A stretch of 64,000 nt of DNA from an uncultured virus (IMG/VR IMGVR_UViG_3300029305_002672) (taxonomy: Duplodnaviria; Heunggongvirae; Uroviricota; Caudoviricetes): IMG/VR virus record IMGVR_UViG_3300029305_002672, one strand, 5' to 3'. This document shows positions 27,340 to 37,900 of this stretch, piece by piece. The notes under the pieces were generated by a model. The model searched no databases. It was not told where the DNA came from and saw only the letters and a list, made by a program, of their open reading frames with translations. Numbering within the stretch: position 1 is the first letter of the stretch; each line of letters begins with the position of its first letter. Position numbers and translations under genes: made by a program.

Positions 27340-27948
27340 ATGTTCACAATCGACAAGAGCAAGTTCACGGCGGAACAGCTCGCTCAGTATGAAGAGCTGA
27401 TCGCCATCGGTAAGGCTGACGTTGACCCGGCGGCCGCCCAGAAGGAGATGGAGGGTGAAGACCCCAAGCCTTCGAAAAAAACTAAGAAAGCAGAGGTAGA
27501 TGACGTGGTAGACACAAAGAAATCTGACACACCTGTTGCAGACCCCAGAATCGAGACAGCTTTGAGCGAGCTTCAGGACCTGAGAAAGTCCATCGAGATG
27601 AAGGAAATGACCGAACTCGCGAAGAAGTACGCTCCCCTTGGCAAGAAGGAAGACGAGCTGGCACAGACCCTGTATGAAATGAAGAAGTCGAACGAGGCTA
27701 ACTTCAAGGCTTACACCACTATTCTGGATGAGAGCCTGGGCATCGTTGAAAAGTCCGGCTTGTTCACTGAAATCGGCAAGTCTGCCGGTGCTGAAGGTGC
27801 AGCGGGAAGCGCAGTCGACAAGGCAGAGGCCAAGGCTAAGGAAATCATGAAAGCAGACCCGAACATGGACTATACTACGGCTATCGCCAAGGCGTGGGAA
27901 GACCCCGACCTCATGGATGAGTACGATGCCGAGTACCACAACAAATAA
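27340..27948 (+). CDS. Capsid scaffolding protein
   Basis: Charged and helical, upstream of the cement and capsid genes; SD GAAAGGAA. Confidence 0.7.
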   Translation: MFTIDKSKFTAEQLAQYEELIAIGKADVDPAAAQKEMEGEDPKPSKKTKKAEVDDVVDTKKSDTPVADPRIETALSELQDLRKSIEMKEMTELAKKYAPLGKKEDELAQTLYEMKKSNEANFKAYTTILDESLGIVEKSGLFTEIGKSAGAEGAAGSAVDKAEAKAKEIMKADPNMDYTTAIAKAWEDPDLMDEYDAEYHNK

Positions 27949-27965
27949 GAGAGGAGATAGAAACC

Positions 27966-28391
27966 ATGGCAAAAAGAAACTATAACGGCGTTCAGATCAA
28001 CGGCACCCAGACCATCGTAGAGAAGGCTGGCGCTGCTATTGCAGACGTTCGCAACCGTATCATGAAGTTTGACGAGAACGGCAAGGTTGTGCTGGCAACC
28101 GCAGGCACCGACATTCCCGTCGGTATCGCCATCATCGAAGCCGGTTATAACGACATCTCCGGGCAGGAGTCCGGAAAGGTCGCCGCTAACGATGATGTCG
28201 ACATCCTCATCAAGGATATCGGCGTAGTTCTCGCAGGCGCTGACATTAAGAAAGGCCAGGAAGTCGCCGCAGGTGCTGACGGTCTGGCTGTCGTAGCTGC
28301 ATCCGGCAACTACGTCCTCGGCTTTGCACGCCAGGACGCAAAGGCTGGCGATTATATGCAGGTCCAGATCGCAAAATATCAGAAGGCATAA
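27966..28391 (+). CDS. Capsid cement/decoration protein (DUF2190-like)
   Basis: Small Gly/Ala-rich beta protein (AGADIKKGQEV..GADG.AV..G.A..DA.AGD) just before the MCP. Confidence 0.7.
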   Translation: MAKRNYNGVQINGTQTIVEKAGAAIADVRNRIMKFDENGKVVLATAGTDIPVGIAIIEAGYNDISGQESGKVAANDDVDILIKDIGVVLAGADIKKGQEVAAGADGLAVVAASGNYVLGFARQDAKAGDYMQVQIAKYQKA

Positions 28392-28404
28392 GGAGGAAAC
28401 ATAA

Positions 28405-29430
28405 ATGAATATCACCAACAAGACGATTGAATCGCAAATCGCTAAAGGCCAGTTCAGACCCCATACCGCGCTGACCAATATGGCTCTGGCATACTACCAG
28501 AACGCCGCTAACTACTTCGCAAAGGCAATCTTCCCCATCTGCCGCGTATCGTTGTCCGCTGACAGCTACTACATATTCGACAAGGAAGACCTCCTTCGTG
28601 ATAACTGGGCGAAAAAGCCTGCCTACGGCAAGGTAACGCCCGTCGTACTGTCCGAGCACACCGACACCTACAACTGCCAGGTTGAGCAGATGATTATGGG
28701 TATCGACCAGATTCGTCAGACTGACCTGCAGCGTCGTCAGGGTCCCGCTCTTGCAGACCCCCGCACCCAGAGAACAAAGGCTATGGCAGAGCAGGCTAAC
28801 ATCCATCAGGACAGACTGTTTGCTGAAGGCTTCTTCAAGTCCGGCGTGTGGACTAACGAATGGACCGGTATCGACGACGTGAACGTCTCCGGTAAGCAGT
28901 TCATCAAGTTCTCCAACAACAATTCCGACCCCATCAAGTTCATCGCTGACCGTAAACTGGAGATGCACCAGAATACCGGCCGCACTCCTAACAAGGTCGC
29001 AATCGGTGCGAACGTATTCAATGCACTTCGTCACCACCCCGCTATCCTTGAGCGCGTGAAGTTCGGCGGCACTACTGCCAACCCTGCCAACGTTACAAAG
29101 AACGTACTGGCTCAGCTCTTCGAAATTGACGAGCTCGTTGTCCTGATGTCCATCTACAACAAGGCAAACATGGGCGCAGACGCTGAGATGGACTTCATTG
29201 GCGACCCCAACGCCCTCCTGCTCGCATATGCGACCAATGCCCCCTCCATTGAGGAGCCTTCCGCAGGTTATATCTTAACTTGGGATATGCTGGGCGATGG
29301 TAACATCATGCCTATCTTCCACTACGACGGTGACAACGGTACCCACTCCGAATACATCGAGGGTCTGATGTCCTACACCATGAAGAAGACCGCCGACGAC
29401 CTGGCTATGTTCTGCTCGGAGGTTGTCTAA
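28405..29430 (+). CDS. Major capsid protein
   Basis: 341 aa; LTNMALAY, IFP, DPI..I and L..HP.I motifs; position; strong codon bias. Confidence 0.85.
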   Translation: MNITNKTIESQIAKGQFRPHTALTNMALAYYQNAANYFAKAIFPICRVSLSADSYYIFDKEDLLRDNWAKKPAYGKVTPVVLSEHTDTYNCQVEQMIMGIDQIRQTDLQRRQGPALADPRTQRTKAMAEQANIHQDRLFAEGFFKSGVWTNEWTGIDDVNVSGKQFIKFSNNNSDPIKFIADRKLEMHQNTGRTPNKVAIGANVFNALRHHPAILERVKFGGTTANPANVTKNVLAQLFEIDELVVLMSIYNKANMGADAEMDFIGDPNALLLAYATNAPSIEEPSAGYILTWDMLGDGNIMPIFHYDGDNGTHSEYIEGLMSYTMKKTADDLAMFCSEVV

Positions 29431-29431
29431 T

Positions 29432-29851
29432 ATGGCAACCGTTACAAAATTGATTGCTCTGAAACCCTGTAGCTTCGGCGGCAAGCAGTTTTACATTGGG
29501 AATGAAATCCCCGCCGAGTACGTCGCTTCTCCTGCCGCGCAGGAGAAGCTCGGCGTCCTCACCATTGTGAACGTCGAAGCGGAGGTCGATGTGCATGAGA
29601 CCGTCGTATACCCTGAGTCCAAAGTGTCTCTTGTCGTTCATAGTGACGGCAATGAAATGACGCTTGAGCCGACAGACAGAGGCATACAGGACGTATTCAA
29701 CGTCCTCATCGGCAAAGCAACAGACGCAGAGGCTATCATCAACGAGATGGATGATGCTGACGCGTTGATACTTCTGCACCTTGCGGATTCCCGCAAGAGT
29801 ATCAAAGAGGCGGCTGAAGCGCGCGCAAAGGAACTCGCAGGTGAGCAGTAA
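29432..29851 (+). CDS. Hypothetical head-associated protein
   Basis: SD GGAGG at the end of the MCP gene. Confidence 0.6.
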   Translation: MATVTKLIALKPCSFGGKQFYIGNEIPAEYVASPAAQEKLGVLTIVNVEAEVDVHETVVYPESKVSLVVHSDGNEMTLEPTDRGIQDVFNVLIGKATDAEAIINEMDDADALILLHLADSRKSIKEAAEARAKELAGEQ

Positions 29852-30261
29852 TGGCAACCTACAGCTATGACCCCACCAAGATTACAGAGCAAGGGCTTCA
29901 TCAGATGCGCTTCGAGCTCGGCGACACCGTTGTCGAGAACGAAGGCATCTGCAGCCCCCTCTGTGACGAGGAATACACCGCGATTATCACAAAGTACGGC
30001 GCAAACTGGCGCAAAGCACGATACCACTGCTTGAAAGCCATCGTCATGAAACTGTCCTACGAGGTAAACACCAACGTGGGAGGGCTGTCCTACTCTCTTT
30101 CGGATCGCTTCGAGCGGTGGAAAAAGATGCTGGACGAAGAAAAGAAGACGTTGAGCGGAATTGCCGGTGTGCCCAGAGCCGGAGACCCCGGAAGCCTGAT
30201 GCCCCATGGTGGTACCCCGTACTTTTACAACGATATGCAAGCCAACCCCCGCAAATTCTGA
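29851..30261 (+). CDS. Head-tail adaptor
   Basis: MRFELGDT...DEEY motif and position. Confidence 0.65.
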   Translation: MATYSYDPTKITEQGLHQMRFELGDTVVENEGICSPLCDEEYTAIITKYGANWRKARYHCLKAIVMKLSYEVNTNVGGLSYSLSDRFERWKKMLDEEKKTLSGIAGVPRAGDPGSLMPHGGTPYFYNDMQANPRKF

Positions 30262-30279
30262 CGAAGGAGATGATGCCAT

Positions 30280-30642
30280 ATGTTACGTTTTACCGGACTG
30301 TTGAGACCCGGTCAGGGATTTAAGACCTTTACCGTCCTTCGCCGCGAGGGCGAAATGACCGCAAAGGGACGTCCGTATACCGGAGAGCTGAAGCAGGTCG
30401 GAACAATACTCGGCATCATCACCGGAGCCAGTCCGAAAGAAATAGAGCAGTGGAAGCAGCTGGGACATCCTATCACTCACACCATCGTTCAGCACGGCGG
30501 CAAAGGTCGCGCAAAGGCAAATGATGTGCTGGAGTTGGAGGATGAGGGGCGTCGCTTCTTGGTGAAAGGGAAACCCAAAGACCCCGGCGAGCTCGGTCAT
30601 TATACCATCTATCACGTCGAGGAAAGGGAGGACTTGCAATGA
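30280..30642 (+). CDS. Head closure/stopper protein
   Basis: Size, position and beta pattern (THTIVQ, GRRFLV). Confidence 0.6.
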   Translation: MLRFTGLLRPGQGFKTFTVLRREGEMTAKGRPYTGELKQVGTILGIITGASPKEIEQWKQLGHPITHTIVQHGGKGRAKANDVLELEDEGRRFLVKGKPKDPGELGHYTIYHVEEREDLQ

Positions 30643-31127
30643 GTAAAATCATATACAGAGGACCATCCCTGGAACAAGTCGTGGAAAGCGTATCGGCTGA
30701 GATTAAGCACCAAATGGAAGGTCGAGCATGGACTGCAGCTCTTGAGCTTCGGAACTCCGCAATGCTTATCTTGAGAGGGCAGCGGAGCGGACGTCGGTAC
30801 AAAGTGCCGGGAACGTACCGCAGGCAAAGAGACAAGACAGACGGCAAGATGAAGAACGGACGGTATTACACCGCATCCGCTCCCGGCGAGCCGCCTGCAG
30901 TCCGAACCGGAACCTTCCGAAACTCATGGCAGCCTCAATCGCGCGTAGTGTTCGGAACGTATGTATCGCGAATCGAAAGTGACGTGACAACAGACGACGG
31001 AAAGCATAATCTCGGCGAAATTCTCGAAAACGGCACGAGGAGGATGGCTCCTCGTCCGCATCACGACAGAATCCTTGACCACGCTGAGGATGAGATCGTG
31101 CGAATATATGAGCAAGATTACTTCTAA
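30639..31127 (+). CDS. HK97 gp10-like neck/tail completion protein
   Basis: ASAPGEPPAVRTG.FRNS and LENGTRRMAPRP. Confidence 0.75.
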   Translation: MSKIIYRGPSLEQVVESVSAEIKHQMEGRAWTAALELRNSAMLILRGQRSGRRYKVPGTYRRQRDKTDGKMKNGRYYTASAPGEPPAVRTGTFRNSWQPQSRVVFGTYVSRIESDVTTDDGKHNLGEILENGTRRMAPRPHHDRILDHAEDEIVRIYEQDYF

Positions 31128-31138
31128 GGAGACCCGCC

Positions 31139-31999
31139 ATGATAGAGCAAGCACTTTATACCCATCTGAAAGAGCAAAAAGAGCTCGCCGAATACCTCGC
31201 AAAGTATAACGGCATTCCTGCCGTCTTCAACCAAGAGGCACCGGCGGACACAGACCCCCTGTGGGGCTCGGGACCGCAGTACGGCAGAATCGTATTTACA
31301 GAGGATATGCAGGGTGACCCGGAACGCACCATGGGCGGAACGCTCGTCGTAGACATCATGTGTCACGAAAACTCGCAATTCCCGGAGGACGTGGAGCCAA
31401 TCGTCCGAGAGCTCATACACGGCTATTTCTTTTCAAACGATGGCTTCACTGTAGCGGCTCAATGGCGGAATTCCTCCTACTTTACCGAGCCTACCAAGCG
31501 CGTGACGGGATGCACGGTGTCTTTTGACCTTCTGGCGTTTCCCGTGCTCACCACCGATAAGCCTGACGTCATCGCGCGGCTGAATGAGTGGAGCAGCGCC
31601 TTTGATGGCTTGTATGTCATCAACTTCGACAAACTACCCCAAAGTGCATGGAAGCCGACAAGTGGCGAGTCCGCCGTCTATTGGAGACTCGTCGGGGAGA
31701 AACCCGCAGGGTGGATACGCGATTCATTCTCGACCATCTGGCGAACGGCAACCGTGCGCGGACACATCTTCTCCGAGGACTTATCCACCGCTATGACTAT
31801 CGGTCGCCGCCTCATGACGGGGCTGTACGCCTCAAAAAGGCTCCTGAAAGACGGAGAAGCGCCGGTCATGGTGAACCGCTCCAACTCGCTGAATGACGGC
31901 GCAGACGCGCTAAAAACAGGTCAGCTGACGGTGGAAGCGACATACGGCATCATCGTCTATAAGCCGACCTCGGACACAATAGACCACTTCAATTACTGA
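31139..31999 (+). CDS. Tail terminator-like protein
   Basis: Position before the sheath; apparent two-domain organisation. Confidence 0.55.
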   Translation: MIEQALYTHLKEQKELAEYLAKYNGIPAVFNQEAPADTDPLWGSGPQYGRIVFTEDMQGDPERTMGGTLVVDIMCHENSQFPEDVEPIVRELIHGYFFSNDGFTVAAQWRNSSYFTEPTKRVTGCTVSFDLLAFPVLTTDKPDVIARLNEWSSAFDGLYVINFDKLPQSAWKPTSGESAVYWRLVGEKPAGWIRDSFSTIWRTATVRGHIFSEDLSTAMTIGRRLMTGLYASKRLLKDGEAPVMVNRSNSLNDGADALKTGQLTVEATYGIIVYKPTSDTIDHFNY

Positions 32000-32013
32000 A
32001 AGGAGTTCCCCCT

Positions 32014-32226
32014 ATGGAGAACAAAGCTATTCCCGCCACCGTGGTGAACGCTGCCAGACCCGTCGAAGCTGTGTATACTGCGGAAGAACTCGCGGAAAAT
32101 CATAACGCTTTTAATGCCTCTTACGGGATCGTCGCCACAGCCCTCCGCCAGGCGGGCATAGAAAAGGCAACCTTCTCGGAGGCTCAAAGAATAATCGAAA
32201 AATTCAAGAATAAGGAGGTCAAGTAA
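32014..32226 (+). CDS. Small pre-sheath protein
   Basis: YTAEEL....F......AL...EA..II.KF..KEVK pattern typical of this position. Confidence 0.6.
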   Translation: MENKAIPATVVNAARPVEAVYTAEELAENHNAFNASYGIVATALRQAGIEKATFSEAQRIIEKFKNKEVK

Positions 32227-32229
32227 AAT

Positions 32230-33648
32230 ATGGCCGTATTCTACAATGTTGGCGAGAATAAGACTCGCCCCGGTGTTTACCAGCGCCACGTGAATACCTC
32301 AGTCGTTGCGCCTGTGAGCTCGCAGGACGGCATTTGTGCCATCCCCGTACAGGCGTCGTGGGGTCCTCTTGGAAAGGTGCTGGCTAACGCAAACACCCTC
32401 GACCTGATAAGAAACTATGGTACCGGCTCATATGGTTCCGGCTATACCGTACCCGCCGCAGCTGCTATGTTTGACGGCGGTGCCTCCGTTGTGTACACCT
32501 ACCGCATGGGTACCGGCGGCAAAAAGGCATCCATCTCACTCGCAGAGGGTCTGACCGCGACAGCGAAGTATCCCGGCACTATGGCAATCAGCGTGTCGGT
32601 ACAGACCAAGATTGGCGATGACACCCAGAAGCGTCTGCAGGTCTATGCAGATACCACTCTTGTTGAAGCATTCGACTTCGCTGCCGATGGCAAGGCTGAG
32701 GGCGACAATCTGGTCGCAGCAGCAAAGAACTCCACCTACCTCGACATTGCGGGTGCCGCGGCAACCATCCCCACACTGGCTGTAGCTTCCGGCGCTCTCA
32801 CCGGCGGCGAGAACCCTACGGTCACGGTAAACGACTACTCCACTGCATTCAATGCATTCGAGACCTACTACTACAACACTATCGCCATCGACGTGGACGA
32901 TGACGAGAATCTGTCCTTGAGCCTTCTGCTCCAGGCATACCTCGATAACGCGTATAAGATGGGCAAGCTGGCTATCGCTGTTGTCGGCGAGAAGACTACC
33001 GTCGCATTCGCGGATCGCTGCGCACATGCTAAGGCATTTAATGACGCTAAGGTCGTATACCTCGGCGGCGGCTTCAAGGCAGGCACCGAGAACAAGGACG
33101 GCGTCATGGCAATCTGCTACACTGCAGGCGTTATCGCGTCCACTCCTTCCAATCGCGGCATAACCCATACCGCGATAAGCGGTGCAACCGAGCTGTGCGA
33201 ATATCTGACGTTCTCGCAGTACGAGCAGGCCATTACCTCGGGTATGCTGATGCTGTCCATGTCTACTTCCGGAGTTATCTGGTATGACACGGGCATCAAT
33301 ACGCTCGTCAATCCCGAGCCCGGCACACAGGACGATGGCTGGAAGAAGATACGCCGCGTTAAGGTTCGCTTTGAACTTATCGACCGTCTGGACCGCGCTC
33401 TTTCCCCCAAGGTCGGCAAGGTATCCGCAAACACGGACGGTATCGCAGACGTTATCCAGACCGCACAGCGCGTCCTCGACCAGATGGCCAACACCGAAGG
33501 TAAACTGTCGCCCGGTGCATCGTTTACCGAGGACCCCGCTAACCCCTACGCCGGCGATTCTGCATGGTTCATCATCCAGGCTGACGACATAGACAGCCTT
33601 GAGAAAATCTACCTGCAGTATCAGTTCCGATACAGCCAGAATTCATAA
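32230..33648 (+). CDS. Contractile tail sheath protein (XkdK-like)
   Basis: RPGVY, WGP, GINTL, WKKIRRV and DSLEKIY. Confidence 0.9.
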   Translation: MAVFYNVGENKTRPGVYQRHVNTSVVAPVSSQDGICAIPVQASWGPLGKVLANANTLDLIRNYGTGSYGSGYTVPAAAAMFDGGASVVYTYRMGTGGKKASISLAEGLTATAKYPGTMAISVSVQTKIGDDTQKRLQVYADTTLVEAFDFAADGKAEGDNLVAAAKNSTYLDIAGAAATIPTLAVASGALTGGENPTVTVNDYSTAFNAFETYYYNTIAIDVDDDENLSLSLLLQAYLDNAYKMGKLAIAVVGEKTTVAFADRCAHAKAFNDAKVVYLGGGFKAGTENKDGVMAICYTAGVIASTPSNRGITHTAISGATELCEYLTFSQYEQAITSGMLMLSMSTSGVIWYDTGINTLVNPEPGTQDDGWKKIRRVKVRFELIDRLDRALSPKVGKVSANTDGIADVIQTAQRVLDQMANTEGKLSPGASFTEDPANPYAGDSAWFIIQADDIDSLEKIYLQYQFRYSQNS

Positions 33649-33661
33649 GGAGGTGTGACAT

Positions 33662-34141
33662 ATGCCTAAAAATCAAACCCTCAATACCGTAGAGCTTATG
33701 ACCGGTAAAGACGGATGCCTCATGGTTGAAGTCAACGGCGTGAATACGCCCCTGCTCGAAGTGGCTAACTATTCCGTTGTGATGAACTTCACAACCGTAG
33801 AGAAGCAGTATGTCGGCGATCCCGTTATCAAGCGCGTACCGACAGGCGTGTCTTTCGACCTGACCTTTACGGAAAGTGTCGTTCGCGACGACGTGTTTAT
33901 TGCGCCTATACTGGAGCAGCTTCAGGAAGGCAAATTCCCGGTCTACAACTTCCAGGGCGTGGCTAACAAGCCCGACGGGCAGGAACAGCGCATCACCTAC
34001 AACAACGCTGTCCCCAACGGTACCATCGGACTCCAGACCCTCACGCCGGGCGAAGTCATAGAGAGAGAGATGGCATTTGCGCTGAACGAAGTGCCTAAAT
34101 TCATCAGCTCCCTCGCATCCACTTATCTCAACTCACTCTAA
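33662..34141 (+). CDS. Tail tube protein (XkdM-like)
   Basis: Follows the sheath; TGKDG and GEVIERE. Confidence 0.8.
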   Translation: MPKNQTLNTVELMTGKDGCLMVEVNGVNTPLLEVANYSVVMNFTTVEKQYVGDPVIKRVPTGVSFDLTFTESVVRDDVFIAPILEQLQEGKFPVYNFQGVANKPDGQEQRITYNNAVPNGTIGLQTLTPGEVIEREMAFALNEVPKFISSLASTYLNSL

Positions 34142-34211
34142 CCCACACACATATGAGGCCACTAACAAGTGGCCTCCCCCGAATGGGGGCACAAATCAAG
34201 GAGGATAAAAA

Positions 34212-34987
34212 ATGAAAGCTAACACAAATGACACCGAAAAGACATCCGTCACAGGTCTTGACCAGGCATCCAACCGCAAGGAAGCAGAGTATGACCTTGT
34301 TACAGCGCTGCTGGAAGCAGCAGAGTATAAGACCTCGGAAGACAACATTACCGAAGTAGAAATCAAGAGGAACGGCAAGTATCTGTTCACGGTGCATGTG
34401 CATCCCGTCAGCGACCAGGACAGCCGCTTCGCTCGTAAAAAAGCGACCACATACATGCCGAACCCTAACGGAAAGAAACTCCCTCTGATTGAGAAGGAGT
34501 TTGATACAACAAAATTCACATCATGGCTTATTTATCTCGCCACCACCGAGGAAGACCAGCAGAACATCTGGGGCAATCCCGCCCTTATGAAAAAGTTCGG
34601 TCTGTCCTTGCCCGTTGAGAGCATCGACCTTCTCCTGAAAATCGGTGAAAAGTCGAAACTGGCTGATACCGTTATGGAAATCAGCGGAATCGACGACGAA
34701 GACGGCGGCGATGACGAAGAAGAAAAGAACATGGATGAGACCGAATACGCAAAAAACTAATCCGTGAATCCGATCTGGCGTATACCCTCCACGTTGCCTT
34801 CCAAAACAACGGGATAGAACCGGGCATTTTAATGGGGCTCCGCACTCGTAATGACTTAATCCCTCATGGGGAGCGGAGCTTCATAATGGCCTCGACCCTT
34901 GTAGCTTTGGAAGACGGTGATACGCCGGTGAAGATTCGAAACATAGTCAAGAAGAACAGCAAAGGAGGCGGTACGAATGGCGCGTAA
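34212..34987 (+). CDS. Tail assembly chaperone (34212-34760) with a -1 frameshift extension to 34987
   Basis: Slippery A AAA AAC (34751-34757) before TAA; the -1 frame stays open to TAA 34985-34987, overlapping the tape measure start. Confidence 0.75.
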
Positions 34988-37900
34988 GGTTGTAATAGAT
35001 GTAGAGGCAAGATTCCAAGACAATATAACAGACGATGCCCAGACTGCCTCCGAAGCTGTCGGAGACATTGGCGAGGAAGCGAAAAAAGCCGCAAAAGAAA
35101 CGGACAGACTCGGCAAGAAGAAGGCGCGACCCCACTTTGACGTTGAGGACAGTAAGTTCGTTAAAAAAATGCGAGATGCTGAAGCCAAGGCAAAAGCCTT
35201 CGCTAAGTCGAAATTTTCTGCATTCTTTGATGCAAAAGACAAGGCTTCCTCGGTCATTGGAAATATTGTGGCCAAAGCCAAGAACTTCGCAGGAAAGTCA
35301 TGGTCTGCGATTATTGCGGCGAAAGACAAAGCATCATCAATCCTGTCTAAGGTCACTACGCTCGCGAAGGGGATAGCCGGGAAGACGTGGCAAGCAATCG
35401 TCAAAATCAAAGACTATGCCCTAACGCCGCTCAATAAAATCAAAAACGCCCTATTCAATATAAAGACCCTCGCAGCTGCAGTATTTGCGGGCGTTGCAAC
35501 AAAGCAGCTCGTAATGAACCCCATCAATCTCGCTGACGCTTACTCCAGCGCACAGATAGGCTTCTCCACTCTGCTCGGAGAGAAGGGCGGACAGGAGATG
35601 ATGGACCAAATCGACGCCTTCGCTAAAGCGACGCCGTTTAAGACTTCCGGAGTTATCTCGAATGTTCAAAAGATGATGGCTTACGGTTGGGATACCGATA
35701 GAATCATCAAGGACATGGATACCATCGGTGACGCGGCTGCGGCGACAGGTAAGGGCGATGCGGGTCTTGAATCCATTGTCTATGCATTGTCCGAAATCAG
35801 GTCAAAAGGTAAATTGAGCACGCAAGAGCTCAACCAACTGGCATCTGCAGGTATTAAGGCAAAAGCATACCTCGCGGAAGGTCTCGGATACGGTACGGAC
35901 GACGCAGGCATGGCCAAGCTGGCCAAAGACCTCGAAAAGGGCGCTATAGGTGCCAACCAAGCCATAGACCTTATCCTTCAAGGTATGGAAGAATTCGACG
36001 GAATGATGGACAAGACAGCCAACGAGACCGTCGAGGGTCTGTGGTCGCAAATTCAAGATACTTTTGAAATCAACATTCTCCGTAAATGGGGACAGGGTCT
36101 CCAGGACGGTGCAAAGCGCGGTCTTGGGTCTATTGTGTCACTCCTCGATACTGCTGATACAGCTCTGGCAGAGTTCGGCGACACTATCTATGGAGTCGGT
36201 AAGGCTCTGTCTAATTGGGCTGCCGACAAACTGGAAAAGGCAGTCAAGACCATTAAAGAAGTTACAAATACAGACGTATTCAAAAACGCAGGTCTCGGCG
36301 GAAAAGTCAAAATCCTCTGGGATGAGGTTATCGCTGAGCCGCTATCTGCGTGGTGGAATTCCACCGGTAAAAAGAAAGTGGCAGAAATAGCAAGTAGCCT
36401 GGGCAAGACGCTCGGTACCGGCATCACCGGCGGATTATTAGTGCTGCTGGGACTGGATGCTGAAAGTGCTATCGCGGATGGCGTGTCTATAGGAGGCTCG
36501 TTCATGGAGGGCTTCCTGGAGGGATTCGATACCGAGAAGATCACTAAAGCCTTGTCGGATTGGGTCTCAAACAATAAGGGACTTGCCACCGTGCTCGGCT
36601 CTGTCCTTGCCTTCAAATTGGCCTCGGGCGTCGGCAACTTTGTCGGAAACATAAAAAACCTATTTCCGGGCAAATCAGGAGGCTCCGGTTCCGGTTCCGG
36701 TCTTGGCTCGTATGCGACCGCCACCATGGACGTGACCGCTGGTGTCGTGAATGTATACGGAAGCAAGATGAATAGACCATCAGACATCGTTGATAACGCG
36801 ACCGATGCCTATCAAACGTACAAGACTGCGCAGGTGGCAAACAAAACAAAGAAACTTCTCACCGCAGGGGACAAAGTAGATGATGTCGTTGACGGCACAA
36901 AACTTCTCACTGCAGGAAACAAAGTGGATGATGTCGTTGACGGTGCAAAGCTCATCGGAAGCGCCGATGATGCCGTTGACATGGCAAAATTGTTCAAGGG
37001 CGCAGGTACGGCAAAAAAATTATATACATACACCGATGCTGCAGGTGATGTGATTGGGACCACATCTAAGTTCAAAGCATTTACGGGAAAAGCCGGGTCT
37101 GCCGTGGCGAAGATGTTCCCGAAAGCCTCAAAATTCGCAACCAAAGCCGCTCCGTGGCTGGCTGCCCTCGACTTCGCCATCGACGGCGTTTCAGGCTATA
37201 CAAAAGCCAAACGCGAAGGTGATAGCACAGGACAATCTGTCGGCAAAGGCGTCGTCAAGAGCCTTGCGGGTGATTATGAAGCCACCGGAGTCGGCGGAAG
37301 AATATGGAGTACCGCAAGCAACATGCTCAAGGGAGCCGGATTCGGTTTGGCTGTAGGCGGACCAATCGGCGCGATTATTGGTGCCGGTGCCGGTTTGTCG
37401 ACAAACGTCGGCGCTCAACTTGCAAACAGTAACGCCCCAGAGGGTGTCAAAAAAGCTGTTAGCATAATAGACCCTATCGCCGGACTTACCATGGCTGCCA
37501 CCGAGGCGGCGGAAGACCCGAAGGCATTCAAAGAAAAGATGTCCAAACTGTTCAAAGAAACGATTCCCGAGAAATGGAACGGTTTTTGGAACAAAGTCGG
37601 CGGCTTTTTCACGGAAACAATCCCCACAGCATGGGACACCCTCACGGAAAAAGTATCAAATTTCTTCACCGAAACAATACCGAGTGCCTGGGATAGCTTC
37701 TGGGAATCAGTAGGCACATTCTTCACTGAAACAGTGCCATATGCCCTTGGTTATGCAACGGGTAAGGTGTTGATCTTCTTCACAGAGACAATACCGGATG
37801 CGTGGGATAAATTCTGGGGGGCAATCGAGACATTCTTTACAGAAACAGTGCCATACGCTATTGGCTATGTAACGGCCAAGGTGATAAACTTCTTCACCGA

